DNA from: the human T2T-CHM13v2.0 reference genome, Homo sapiens
Reading direction: 5' to 3' (one strand)
Length of the DNA: 64,000 nt
Assembly (NCBI RefSeq): GCF_009914755.1
Contig: NC_060937.1
Shown: positions 17,913-30,387 of the stretch, piece by piece
How the letters are laid out: every line of letters begins with the position of its first letter
Position numbering within the stretch: the stretch's first letter is position 1
Program-made: the position numbers and the translations under genes
Notes under the pieces: generated by a model
Told to the model about the DNA's origin: nothing
The model's database searches: none
What the model saw: the letters and a program-made list of their open reading frames with translations, nothing else

Positions 17913-19004
17913 AGTAGGCCAGGGTTCTGGTTGTCACTGCTGAGAAAGTAAATTGTGTTCAGGCTGTCCATGGTTCTGGGCTCCCCCGGGTCTCTGAGGA
18001 GGGCTGTCCCCTCCATCACAGAGAATATCAGGACACTAGCCTGTTCCTAGTTATACTTACACACTCCTCTCATGTTGTCTATGGAGTGGAGGCTGCAGGG
18101 AGGGTGACATCCTAGTTAGTCCCAAGTGCCAGACTGCCTGAAGCTCACTGTTAACAAGTCCTGCCTTGGAGAAGAAGGAAGGGTGTCTCTGTGAACCTCC
18201 CACCTGGGCCGAAGGGAGGCCACTCTCTCCTCTGCCTCTCCCCAGCCTTGGTCTTCTGCACTCCTAGTGAACCTCTCACCCCCTGCCTACAGGCCTGAAA
18301 TCTCAAGACCATGATGACCTCTCGTCACCCCTGAATCCAGAGCTTTCCCTTTACAAAGGGGAAACTGAGACCTGGAGCAGGGCTGATGTTCAGTCAGCGC
18401 ACAAGGGAATAGATGAATTGGTGGTAAAATACTGAAATAGTTCCAGTGTGGATGGAAAGGAGCCGCTGCCCTGAACATCTCTACCCCCCCACCTCAGCCC
18501 ATCCTCCAGGACCCTGGGTCAGCACCAGGAGCATCAAAGTGGCCAGGATTGGCTGAAGCCCATGCTAATGGCTCTGCCAGTCCTTCTCCCCACCAGAGAG
18601 GGCAGGGGAATTCAGGCCATCTGGAGGTAGCACTGTGACTGTATATGCAGTAGTCAAACCTTGTGTGCCACCATCCCTGACATTGTTGATAAGGGCATCA
18701 GGCTACATCCCTCTGGTACTCAGTGGTAAGCATCTAAAATCTTAAATAAAAAATTAAAAAAGCTTTCAAAATATAGGACTTAACATATGAGGCTGCGTAA
18801 ACATCTCTTTAGCAGTTGTCCAACTCGTGCTTCTGGTTCTGCCTCCCCAGAGAGTGGATGACCTGGGCCACCCTCCACCACTGCCCTGTAAGGCCATGGG
18901 ACACACAGCCCATCAGTTCTCTTCACGTTGTCATCCCCCTTCAGATGGGAGAAAATACACCTGCCTCATTTTTGTAACTTCTGTGTGGACATTCCATGAC
19001 AGAG

Positions 19005-19380
19005 CTTCACTAAATGTGTGATGAAGAACTGAATGAATGAATGAATGAATGAATGAATATGAGAGCAAATGAATGAATGGCTCAGATCCTGGGCTGGAAC
19101 GCTGTGTATGAGGATGGTGGGTAGAGGAGGGTCTGTTTTTCTTGCCTTTAAGTCATTACTTGTCATTTTGGGGCAGAAGCACAGGCTTTGAATGCAGACT
19201 GACTGGACTTTAATCCTGGCTTTACTAGTTGTGATTGTGTGACCTCGTACATGTTACTTAAACCCTCTGTGCCTGTTTCTTTATCTGTAAAATGGAGATA
19301 ATAAGATGACAAAGGACAGTGGTAAGAATTAAATGCTTAAAAAAATCGCAGTTTGTATTAAGTCCTCAATAGATTGGGTT
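19005..19380 (+). mobile_element. L2 tail with (TGAA)n followed by MIR
   Basis: cttcactaaatgtgtgatgaag...(tgaa)n, then MIR core tgtgtgacctcgtacatgttacttaaaccctctgtgcctgtttctttatctgtaaaatggagataata. Confidence 0.75.
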
Positions 19381-19834
19381 TAGCATCATGAGTGCATGTG
19401 TTTCTGGAGCAATGCTCATCTTGGGTTGGATGGTGCCTGCACAGAGAAAGACTCTGGCCTCTTCTCATCTACATGTATCTGTCTTATGCCTGGTTCCCAT
19501 TCCCAGATCCTTGGAAGATCCATATTGCTGAAATGGTGAAGGGTGATGGGCACCTCAGGACAACTAAGTTGCTCCCCAAACATCTTCCCCCTCCCAAATT
19601 CTCCTGTGGTCTTTAGCATTTAACAGGAATCTCTGGACACTCCAAGGGGTGATCCTCTCATGGAAGGCCAGTGGGGAGGAGGCTGCGGGAAAGGTCAGGC
19701 ACTGTGCACTTCCCTGACAGCTGCAAATGGTTCTGTTTCCAAGCCCATGGGTCACTACAAATAAGGCAAGTTATATGACATAATAATGTGATTCTTTGGT
19801 GCCTCAGTCCACACTGGCACTTTAATACTCCTAG

Positions 19835-20008
19835 AGTGGATTGCATGGTGGTCTACCAAAAGATATGTCTACCTGGAACTTGTGAATGTGCCTTTATTTG
19901 GAAAACAATCTGCAGATGTAATTAAATCCAGCACCTTGAGATGAGGGCATCTCATCTTGGATTAGGATGGGCCCTAAATCCAATGACAAGTATCCTTATA
20001 AGAAAAGC
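19835..20008 (+). mobile_element. MLT1 LTR 5' fragment
   Basis: aaaagatatgtc...tgtgaatgtgcctttatttggaaa...gcagatgtaattaa...gggccctaaatccaatgac...ccttataaga. Confidence 0.8.
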
Positions 20009-20012
20009 GGCA

Positions 20013-20287
20013 GGTAGGGCACAGTGGCTCACACATATAATCCCACCGCTGAGGAAGGTCAAGTTGGGAGGATCGCTTGAACTCCAGGCGTTCAAGACTT
20101 GCCTGGGCAACATGGTGAGACCCTGTCTCTCCAAAATATATATAAAATATAATAGCCAGGCATGATGGCACCTGGCTGTTGTCCCAGCTACCAGCTAATC
20201 AGGAGGCTGAGGTGACAGCATAGCTTGAATCTGGGAGATTGAGGCTTCAGTGAGCTGTGATCATGACACTGCCCTCCAGCCTGGGTG
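20013..20287 (+). mobile_element. AluJ, 3'-truncated at the junction with the GC-rich array
   Basis: ggatcgcttgaactccaggcgttcaaga... ends at ctccagcctgggtg with no tail. Confidence 0.85.
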
Positions 20288-23200
20288 GCCCCTGGCCCCT
20301 CCACAACCTGCGCTAGAAGAGCTGGGCCCTGGCTCTGGGCACCATGCAGCCTCTGAGGTGGGGCTGAGTGCCAGTTCCTGCCCTCCTGCAGCTGGGGACC
20401 AACACCCTGACTTAGGCGCTGTGGAGGCTTCTGGCCCAAGGGTCCGCACTGCTGGTGGCACTGGCAGGGTCGGAGTTTGCCACAGCTGCTGCTGCGCGCC
20501 TTGTGCAGGTTACCACTGCAGCTGAACCTACATCAGAGGCAGGCAGGGCTCGTCCCAGACAGCTTGGGGATCTCTGAGTGCACGGCCCTTTCACCCTAGA
20601 GTCAGTTCTTTCTTGCCGGAGCCCAGAGCGGGGTGTGCAGGTACTGGGTACAGGGCAGCACCCAGGAAATGGCTGAGCGGCCGGTTCCCACCCTCCTGCA
20701 GCTGGGGCCTGACCACCTGAATTAGCCTCTGGGCGGCGTCTGGCCCTGGGATCCGCCTGGCTGGTGTAGGAGCATGGTCTGGGGTTGCCTCCAAGGCTGC
20801 TGCCCGCACCCTGTGCAGGTGGCTGCTGCAGCTGAGCCCATCACCTGGCAAGGCGTTTCCCAGACAGCCTCAGGGTCATGGAGTGGACCACTGTCCCAGC
20901 CTAGGGTACGCTCTTCCTTTGCCTGCACCCAGAGTTCTGGGTCGCGGGCACTGGGAACTGTGCAGCCAAGGGGACTGCGCCGAGGGCATAGGTTTCTGCC
21001 CTGCTGCAGCTGCGGCGCTGACTGCCTGAATTAGGCGCTGAGGCGACGTTGTCCCCGGTGTCCTGGCTCTTGGTGGTGCATGCAAAGTGCCCGGTTGCTC
21101 TGTTGCTGCGGCGCCCTTGTACAGGTGGCAGCTGTAGCTGAGTTCTCAGTAGACGCCGGCAGGGTTGGTCCTAGAAAGCGTGAGGATCGCCGAGTGCACC
21201 GCCCTCCCAGCCTAGGGTCTACTTTTCCTTGGCCCGAGCCCAGAGATCGGGGTTTCAGGCGCTGGGCCCTGTGCGGCTGCCCAGAATAGGCTGAGCGGCA
21301 GCTTCCCGCCCTGGCAAGGGATCCAGCCGTGGAATCCTCACTGCTGTTGGCGGCAGGCAAGGTCAACGGGGTTTCCACCGCTGCTGCAGGGAGCCACCTG
21401 GCGGTGGTAGCTGCAGCTGAGCTCGTGGCAGAGACTGGCAGGGCTGGTCCCAGACACCCTGAGGGTCTCTGGGTGCGTCGCCCTACCACCCTAGGGTCTG
21501 CTCTTCCTTAGCCTGCTCCCAGGACGCGGTGTACGAGCGCTAGACTCTGAGCAGCCTCCAGGATGGGGCTGAGCGGCGGATTCCTGCCCTGCTGCAGCTA
21601 CAGTCTGAATTAGGCGCCACCGCAGTATCTGGCCCTGGGGTACGTGCTACTGGTGGCATAGACAGAGATGGGGGCTGCCACAGCTGCTATGGGGCTGAGC
21701 AGCCGATTCCCGCCCTCCTGTAGCTATGGGACGGACCACCTGACTTAGATGCCTTGGAGGCATCCGGCCCTGGGGTCTTTGCTGCTGGTGTCTGCGGGCA
21801 GGGTCAGGACTGCCACTACTACTGCCGTGCTCCATGCGCAGGTGCCAGCTGCAGCTGAGCCCAAGGCAGATGCTGTCAGGGCTGGTCTGAGGCTGCCTAA
21901 GGGTGGCTGAGTGCACCGCCCTTCCACCCCAGGGTCCGTTATTCCTAGGCCGGCGCCCAGATTGCAAGGTCGTGGGCGTTGGACACTGTGCAGCCATGAG
22001 GATCTGGTTGGGCGCAGATTCCCGCCCTCCTGCAGCTGAGAGGCCAACCTCCTAACAGGCGCTGCAGTGACCTCTGGCTCTGCAGTCCGCGCTGCTGCTG
22101 GAGCTGGCAGAGACCAGAGCTGCCACCGCTGCTGCTTCCAGGAGTGTGCAGCTGGCAGCTGCAGCTAAGCCCGCGTCGGAGGCTGGAAGGGCTTATTCCA
22201 AAAGCCTCGAGGGTCCCCGAATGCATCGCCCTCCAACCCTAAGGTCCAGTCTTCCTTGCCCGCGCCCAGAGAGTGGGGTTGCAGGCGCTGAGCATAGTGC
22301 AGGCGCTGGGAGATGGGGCTAAGCTGCAAGTTTTCGCCCTCTGGCTGCTGGGGGGCCGGCAGCCTGAGTTAGGCGCCGCGGCGGCTTTTGATCATGCGGT
22401 CCGCACTGCTGGTGGCTTGCACAGGGTTGGGGGCTGCCACAGCTGCTATAGTTCACCGTGTGCAAGTGGCAGCCGCCCCTGAGCCCACCGCTGACGCTGC
22501 AGGGCTGGTCCGGTCCCAGACGGCCTGAGGGTCATTTGCCCGCGCCCAGATCACCCGGTGGCTGGCGCTGGGCATTGTGCAGCCTCCAGGAATCCGCTGA
22601 AGGGCAAGTTCCCGCTCTTCTACAGCTGTGGGCCGACTGCCTGATTTTGGCCACTAGGTGGAGTATGGCTCTAGGGTTTCGAGGCCGCTGGTGTCGGCGG
22701 GCGGAGTCCGGGTTTGCAGCCGCTGTGCGCCATGAGCAGGTAGCAGCTGCAGCGGAGCTTTAGACCGAGGCTGGCAAGGCTGGCCCCAGACGGCCTGAGG
22801 GTCAGGGAGTGCAGGGTCCTCTCTTCCTTTGCCCTTACCCAGAGCGGGTTGTGCCGGCGCCGGGCTCTGTGCGGGCGCTGGGCTCTGTGCAGCCGCGGAG
22901 ATGGGGCTGAGCAGCGGATTTCCGCCCTGCTGCAGCTGGAGGACGATTACCTGAATTAGCCGCTGAGGCGGCATCTGGCCCTGAGTTACTGCTGCTGGTG
23001 ACGCGGGCAGGGTCAGGGTTGGTTGCAGGTGGCAGCTGAAGCTAAACCCATTGCGAGACTCAGGGTCACCAAGTTCACCGTCCTTTCAGCGTAGTGTCTG
23101 ATCTTTGGCCCGCGCCCAGACTGCGAGCTCGCCTGCGCTGGGGATTGCATAGCTTCTCGGGGGCAGTCAGCGCCAGTTTCACGTCCTCCTGTAGCTGCGT

Positions 23201-23650
23201 GGCCTAAGGTCTTAGGCGCCGCGGCGCTATCTGTCCCTGCTGTCCACGCTGCTGGTGGCGGGGACAGGGTCAAGGGTTGCCACTGCTGCTCCCGTGCGCC
23301 ATTGGCAGGTGGCAGTTGCAGCTGAGCCCACAACTGAGGCTGTTGGGGCTGCTCCCAGGTTGTCAGAGGGTCACCGAGTTCACCGACATGCCACCCTATT
23401 TTATGCTCTTTCTTGGCCCGCACCCAGAGCGCCGGGTTACGGGTCCTGGCCCTGTGCAGCCACGGGGATGGTGCTGAGTGCAGGTTCCCGTCTTCCTGAG
23501 ATGCGGGGCGACCACTGGAATTAGCCTCTGTGGTGGTATCTGACCCTAGGGTCCGAGCTGCTGATGGCGTGGGCGGGGTCGAAGTCGCCTCTGTTGCTGC
23601 AGCGTGCCATTTGCACTGTCGTCTGGAACAGGCTGGTCTGTGCTGTGCAT
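20288..23650. repeat. GC/CpG-rich degenerate tandem array, unit ~310 bp, ~12 copies
   Basis: Anchor ttcc(c/t)gccctcctgcagct recurs at about 20381, 20691, 20999, 21309, 21587, 21713, 22025, 22337, 22615, 22925, 23184 and 23491. Confidence 0.9.
22648..22666 (+). promoter_or_regulatory. Candidate CTCF motif
   Basis: tggccactaggtggagtat versus the CTCF core TGGCCACCAGGGGGCGCTA. Motif match only. Confidence 0.35.
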
Positions 23651-24149
23651 GGTCAGTGGAGTCTTCTCTGGGCATTCTTCACTGATATCTGCTGACATGG
23701 CTCATCTTCTCTTTGATTTTGCATGTATTGGTACCCACTGATGAAGTATCTGGTCACCCACTGCCATTTTCCTCTAGCCTCCAAGACTTCACATTCTGAG
23801 GCCAGCATGTCCCACCAGGGGCCTCCACTGGTCCTGTCAAACCAGTTGTGAGTCCCCCTCCCACCAAGCTTGGAGAGACTGGCTTTTCAGACAGCACTCA
23901 CAAGCTGAGAGTAAGGAAATTGATCTCTCAGGCACTTCCCCCTGTCCTGCCACTCTGTCATTCCTGGGACACCCTATGTGCACTAGAGAAGTAAGACAAC
24001 AGCCTGCATATTTTCTCATCTTTAACTGTCTGTTTTTTCCTATCCATCTGTTTGAGCGAGTCCCAGGAGGATGTTGAGGCTGAATACCTGATCAGAGACA
24101 CAGGCAGAGCCATAGTCACATCTCCTGGGAACTTTCTTCTTCCTGTGTA

Positions 24150-24751
24150 GTTAAAAGCTCTTCTCTTCCTCTTCTTCATAGAAATTCCCCTTACACTAAA
24201 CCTTTGACTAAAACCATCCCCTCAGCTTGATAAAATTTTAGACAGGATTATTTCTGATTCTTGGCTCCTGGCCTCTTTTTTTCTTTAGCATATTTTAGAA
24301 ATGTTATCATTGTAAATTCTTTCTCTGCCTCTTTGATAAATAAATCTTTTTAAGAGCCCACTTGCCAGTTTTACACTTCAGAAATGTCCATTTCAAGGAC
24401 CTCAGAGCCATGCCTTTGAAATGTAATCCTCAAGAAAGATAACACCATTATCTCCCAGATTCCATGAAAGAGTAAGAGCCAAATTTTGGTAGGCATATTG
24501 CTCTAATTTGTAAAATTACCTTCTGTCATAAAGATAAAAGATAGTTTAATATTCCTTTGGAAAAAGACAACTAGCAAAGACAAGGGGTCTATGATCTCCC
24601 CCTCATCCCAGCTCTTAAAATCTCTACTGCTGTTTGTTTCAGTGGAGCTGAGTTCAGACTAAGTTCTGGCCTCTTTGTCCTTTTGCAATAGCCTTCAATA
24701 ACAGCTTTTTTATGTGTTTAACTTTGTCTGGTGCAATTGTTTTCTTTGACA
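24150..24751 (+). mobile_element. ERV1 LTR, MER67-like
   Basis: Ends ...ttgcaatagccttcaataacagc...tgtttaactttgtctggtgcaattgttttctttgaca, as recalled for the MER67 3' terminus. Confidence 0.65.
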
Positions 24752-27700
24752 CTTTCCACCCTAACTAGAACTTCCATTAAAGTCATAGTAGGATTCAAGG
24801 CAGCCAAACTTGACTCACATATGTAAAAAAAACTTGTTAGGATTTAGAAACCCATATTCTCTTCAATAAATTGTTTCTTCAGACTGTTGCCTTATTAAAA
24901 CTTTCTAGTTCTTATTTTGGCATCAAAAAGGAGAATACCAATTTTTAAATAAGTCTCTGCTCACTTTTAATTTCTGCTATCACAATTTTATTGCTTTCCA
25001 TGGCTGAACAACAAGAAGACCAGAACACAATTTTAAGTTAAATTTTATTTAATTTTTACTATTACAATTTTATTGCTTTCTCTGACTGAAAAGAGAAAAC
25101 TCAAACAAAGTAGTCTAGTCTATAAAGTGAAGACTAGAACAAAGAATCATGTCTCAATACATTTCAGAAAGTTACTTCCATTTAACATCAATGGTGTCAT
25201 TTAATATTCTTAACTTTCCTATCAAGTAGATAATATTATTACCTCTATTTTATAGGATATTAAGTCTTATATATTATACATAACCAGCTGAAGGTCATGT
25301 AGCATGTAGATATGATAGGCATACAAAGAAACAATGACATTAGAAGCAGAGGAGGGAGAAGGATTAGAAGGCTAAACCTAGGTCGGTTAAGAGAAAAAGA
25401 AAAACTAGGAGGAGACAAATTCTTGTTAGAAAAAAAAATGATCAAGAAAGAGCAAGACAGTGGCGCAGAACTCTCCAGCTATCGTACCCCTATAGAAACA
25501 TCAATATGAACAACTGCCCACATGTGAAATTACCATTACAAGAGCCAACAGAACCTCAATACATGAACAAAGTTATGAAGCACCTTTAGCCTGTGAAGGT
25601 GGGTAAAACCATGGCTTATGCAGTCAGAGAACCAATACTCTGTGACTGTGATACTCCTCCCTCAGGCCATTATGGTACCATCTGCAGAAACTCCCATAGA
25701 GCTTATAGTTTTTACACTGAAAAAAAGCAGGAGGTTGACATTTGTTTTTTCCACTATACTGAGTGCCTTCACAGTAGCCTCACTCCTGTATCAGCCCACA
25801 GGGGGCACCATGAGTGCCAAAAGGGATGAACCACCTGAGGCATGTTAAGGACATAAGCGGAGGTGGGGCCAGCAACAGCCACCATGTGAAACATAATACA
25901 CAGACTCTACAGGCTTGATGGCCTGACTTGTTCTCCCCCATAGCCAGGGGCTCCCTGTGGATCACCCATGGGCCCATCCAGCAAATGTTGCATCAGTGAT
26001 GGAGCCATTGGAAGACTTACGTCTAATGTGGGATTTGCGCTCTCTCTAACGCTAAAATGGAATACGATGATAAGTCCGCTCAAAATTTCTTAATAAGCCC
26101 ACTTAAAAGTAGTCACAAACACACCCAAACTGAGAAGACTCAAATAAATATCTAAATCATTAATGTGTACACAGATGTATATCTACATATAATAATGATA
26201 GCTTAGGAAAAGTTGCCTCTCCAAATGGACAAAACAAGGTGTCAGCAACTGAACTTAAAGACATACAGATGAACGATCTGGCAGGCAAAGAATTCAAAAT
26301 GGCTGTTTTAAGAAGAGCCTGAACACTGAGAAAGCAGAGACACAATTCAGAAATGTACCAGAGAAATTCAACAAAGAAATCAAAATAATGGGAAAAATCA
26401 CATGTAAATCCTGGAGCAGCAAAGTTCAATGGACACTTTGAAAATCCAATGGAAGGCATCAACAGAAGAACTGATCAAGCAGAAGAAAGAAACAGTGAGC
26501 TCAAAGACAGGCTCTTTGAAAATACATGGTCAGAGTAGAATGAAAAGAAACAAAGAAAGTTTATGAGATTTGTGGGACACCAACAAAAGAGCAAATCTAC
26601 ATATCATTGGTGTTAAAGGGGAACTAAGAATGCAAAAGAGATAGTTTATTCAAAGAAATAACAGAAAACTTTTTAAATCTGGAGAAAGATTAAAATGTTT
26701 AGGATGGTCAAAGTGCCCAATCATATTTAATCTGAATAAGACAACCAAAGACATATTATAATTAAACTCTCAAAGGTCAAAGACAAAGAGAAGACCCTGA
26801 AAGGACTAAGAAAAAGGAAACAACACATAAGAGAATTCCAATATGCCTGGCAGCAGACTTGTCAGCAGAAACACTACAGGCCAGGAGAGAGTAGGATAAT
26901 AGATTCAAGTGCTGAATTAAAAAAACTGTCAACCATGAATAAACTATCCAGCATAGCTATCATTTAGAAATAAAGGAGAGATTGAAACATTCTCAGACAA
27001 ACAAAAAGCAAAGGAATTCACTGTAATCAAACCAGCCTTACAAGAAATGCTAAATATTGTTCTTCGAACTGAAAGGAAATAGCAGCAATATGTAACACAA
27101 AAAATCTGAAGGTATAAACCCACAGATAGAAGTGAGGATTCAGACAAATTTGGAGTGCTCTAATATGGTAATAATTGGATGTAAACCATTTATATATCCT
27201 TAGTAGGAAGGTTAAAATACAATACAAATAATAATAATTACAATAATTTGTTAAGGAATCGCAATATACAAAGATGTAAATTAAGACATCAAAAATGTAA
27301 AATGTGAGGGAGTGAGGGAGTGAGGGAGTTAAAGAGTAGATTGGTTTCTTTTCCCCCTTTTTTGAATCAAAATTAAGTTGCTATCTCTTTAAAATAACTT
27401 ATTGTAACCATAAAATGTTCTTTGCATGCCTTGTGGTAACCACAAAGCAAAAACTTTTAAAAGATACTCTAAAAATTAAAAAAAAAAAGAAACCGAAACA
27501 CACTGATAGAGTAAATCACTTAATCACAAAGGAAGGTAGTGAAATCAATCAATCAATCAAAGTACAAATTAAAAAAAAAACATGAAAACAAGTAATAATA
27601 TGGCAGGACCAAGTCCTTGCCTATCAATAATTATCTTGTATGTAAATGGATTATCCCATTTAAGACATATAATGGCTACACTGATTAAAAACAAGACCTA

Positions 27701-28837
27701 ACTATAAACTTTCTACAGGAAATTCACTTCATCTGTAAATACACACATAAATTGAAAGTGATCAGATGGAAAAATATATTTTATAAATATGGAAACTGAA
27801 AGAAAGCCAATATAGATATATTTATATCAGATAACATACGCTTCAAGCAAAATCCTATAAAAACAGACAAATACAGCCATTATATAATGATAAAGGGATC
27901 AATATCACAAGATAATATAATTGTAAATATATATGCCCTCTATATTGAAGCACCTAAATATATAAAACAAACGTTAATAGATCTAACAGGAGAAACAGCA
28001 AGCAATAAAATAATAGTCAGAAACCTTAACATTCCACTTTCAGCAATAAACAGATTATCAAGACAGAAAATCAACAAAGAAACATCATATTTAAACTGAA
28101 CTCTAGACCAAATAACTTAGCAGTCATTTACAGAACATGTTATCCAACAATTGCATAATTCACAGTCTTCTCTACTGCTCATGGAACATTTTCCATGATA
28201 GATCATATATTAGGCACAAAATGAGCCTTAGCAAATTCAAAAAAAAATCAAAATTATATCACATCTTTTCTGACAATATAGAATAAAACTAGAAATAAAC
28301 AACAAGAACTTCAGAAATTGTGCAAATACATGCAAATTAAACAATGTGTCCCTAAACAATGGGTTAAAAATAAATTTTGTTTCATTTTTAAAATTCTTAA
28401 GACAAACGAAAATGAAATCAGAACATATAAAAACTTAGGAAATACAGCAGAAAAAGTCCTCAGAGGGAAGTCTGTAGAAATGAATTTCTATATGAAAAAA
28501 AGAAAACTCTCATTAATAATTTAAGAATGCATTTCAAGGAATTATAGAAACGTGAACAAACTTAGCCCCAAATTGGTAAAAGAATATAGATAATGAAGAC
28601 CAGAGCACAAATAAACCAAATGGAGACAAAAATATGAAAGATCAATGAAATAAAAAGTTATTTTTTGAAAAGATAAACACAATTGATATATCTTTAGTCA
28701 GATTAAGAAAAAAGAGAGAAGATTCACATAAATAAAATCAGAGATGAAAAAAGACATTAAAATGGTTACTACAGAAATATAAAGAATCATGAGAAAGTAC
28801 TAAAATTATATGCCAATAAATTAGAAAACCTAGAAGA

Positions 28838-29050
28838 AAACCTGGGGAACATAGTGAGACCCAGTCTTTACAAAAATAAAAATAAAAATTATCCAGGTGT
28901 AGTGGTGTGCACTTGTAGTCCTAACAACTTGGGAGGCTGGAGCAGGAGGATCACTTAAGACCAAGAATTTGAGGCTGCAGTGAGCTATGATTGCACCACT
29001 GTACTCCAGCCTGAGTGACAGAGAAAGCCCTGTCTCTAAACCAAAAATAT
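28838..29050 (+). mobile_element. 5'-truncated AluJ inside L1
   Basis: cctggggaacatagtgagacc...ggatcacttaagaccaagaatttgaggctgcagtgagctatgattgcacc. Confidence 0.85.
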
Positions 29051-29052
29051 TT

Positions 29053-29174
29053 AAGAAGAAAGAAGAAAGAGGAAGAAGAAGAAGAAGAAGAAGAAGAAGA
29101 AGAAGAAGAAGAAGAAGAAGAAGAAGAAGAAGAAGAAGAAGAAAGGAAGGAGGGAAGGAGGGAAGGAAGGAAAG

Positions 29175-29237
<63 letters not shown>

Positions 29238-29313
29238 CAGACAAAGAAAGAAAGGAAAAGGAAGAAAAGAGAGAGGGAGGGAGGGAGGAAGGAAGGGACG
29301 GAAGGAGAAGAAA
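29053..29313 (+). repeat. Homopurine microsatellite block: (GAA)24, GGAA/GGGA, (GAAA)15
   Basis: Pure GAA at 29072-29143 and GAAA at 29176-29235, located at the Alu tail. Confidence 0.95.
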
Positions 29314-30387
29314 ATAAAAATTGAGGATCCAATGCTTATACTGCTGAATTCTTCAAAACATTTAAAGAGGAACTTATACTAATTATTTACAAACTGTTCC
29401 CAAAAAAAGTGAAAAGGAGGAAACTCTTCCATACTCATTCTATGAAGACAGAATTACCTTATTCCAAAATGCGACAAGAACAGTGAAAAACTAAACTACA
29501 GGCCAATATCAGTGATGAACATAAATGCAAAAATTCAAAACCAGCAATGCTAGCAATCATAATTTGAAAGCACATTAAAAAGATGATTCACCATAATCAG
29601 GTTGTATTTGTTCCAGGGAGGCAAGGAGGGCTTATGATATATAAATCAATAAATGTGATACACCATATTCGATAAGGTAAGATAAAAATCATATAATCAT
29701 TTAAATAGATACAGAAAAAGCATTTGACAAAATTCAATGTTTTTTGTAAACATAAGATCTCTTAACAAATCAGTTATAAAAAGAATATAACTCAATAAAA
29801 TAAAGGCCATATATGATAACCCACAGCCAACATGATACTGAATAAGGAAAAATTGAAAACTGTCTCTCTAAGATCTAGAACAAGACAAGGATGTTCACTT
29901 TAATAACTTCTCTTCAACATAGCACTGGAAGTCCTAGCTAGAGCAATTAGAAAAGAGAAAGAAAAGACATCCAAATTGAAAAACAAAAAGAAAGTCAAAT
30001 TGTCCCTGTTTGCAGATGACATGATCTTATGTATAAAAAACCCTATACTGAAAAACAGAAATAGTAAATGAATACAGTAAAGTTTTAGAATACAAAATCA
30101 GCATAGAAAAATCAGGTGCATTTCTATACCCAACAGCATACTATCTGAAAAAGGAATCCCCATTGAAAATAGCTATAAAAAAATAAAATGCCTGGCAAAA
30201 TAAAGACGTCTAAAATGAAAACTATAAAACATTGATAAAAATCAATTGAAAAGATACAAATAAAGACAAGGTTATCCCATTTTTTGAATTAGAAGTGTTA
30301 ATACTGTTAAAATGACCATCATACTCAAATCAATCTATAGGTCCAATACAATCTCTAACTAATTTCCAATGTAATTCTTCACGTTCT

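Larger units (their letters stand above)
25450..30382 (+). mobile_element. Old L1M element: 5'UTR remnant, ORF1 (~26150-27080), ORF2 (~27600-30380), all disrupted
   Basis: ORF1 motifs gaattcaaaatggctgttttaag and ggcagcagacttgtcagcagaaac. Endonuclease peptide MIKGSISQDNIIVNIYA. RT motif tttgcagatgacatgatc (FADD) at ~30009. Confidence 0.85.

Noticed and set aside
20288-23650. CRISPR-like or repeat-spacer interpretation of the tandem arrays (also 36770-37660)
   Set aside because: Units are homologous along their whole length with no unique spacers, the context is eukaryotic, and there are no cas-like ORFs.
20188-23675. Dense overlapping ORFs in the GC-rich array
   Set aside because: Unit lengths are not consistently multiples of three, ORFs occur on both strands, and there is no conserved peptide.
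28951-29382. Poly-E/R/S/F ORFs
   Set aside because: Translations of the GAA and GAAA microsatellites.
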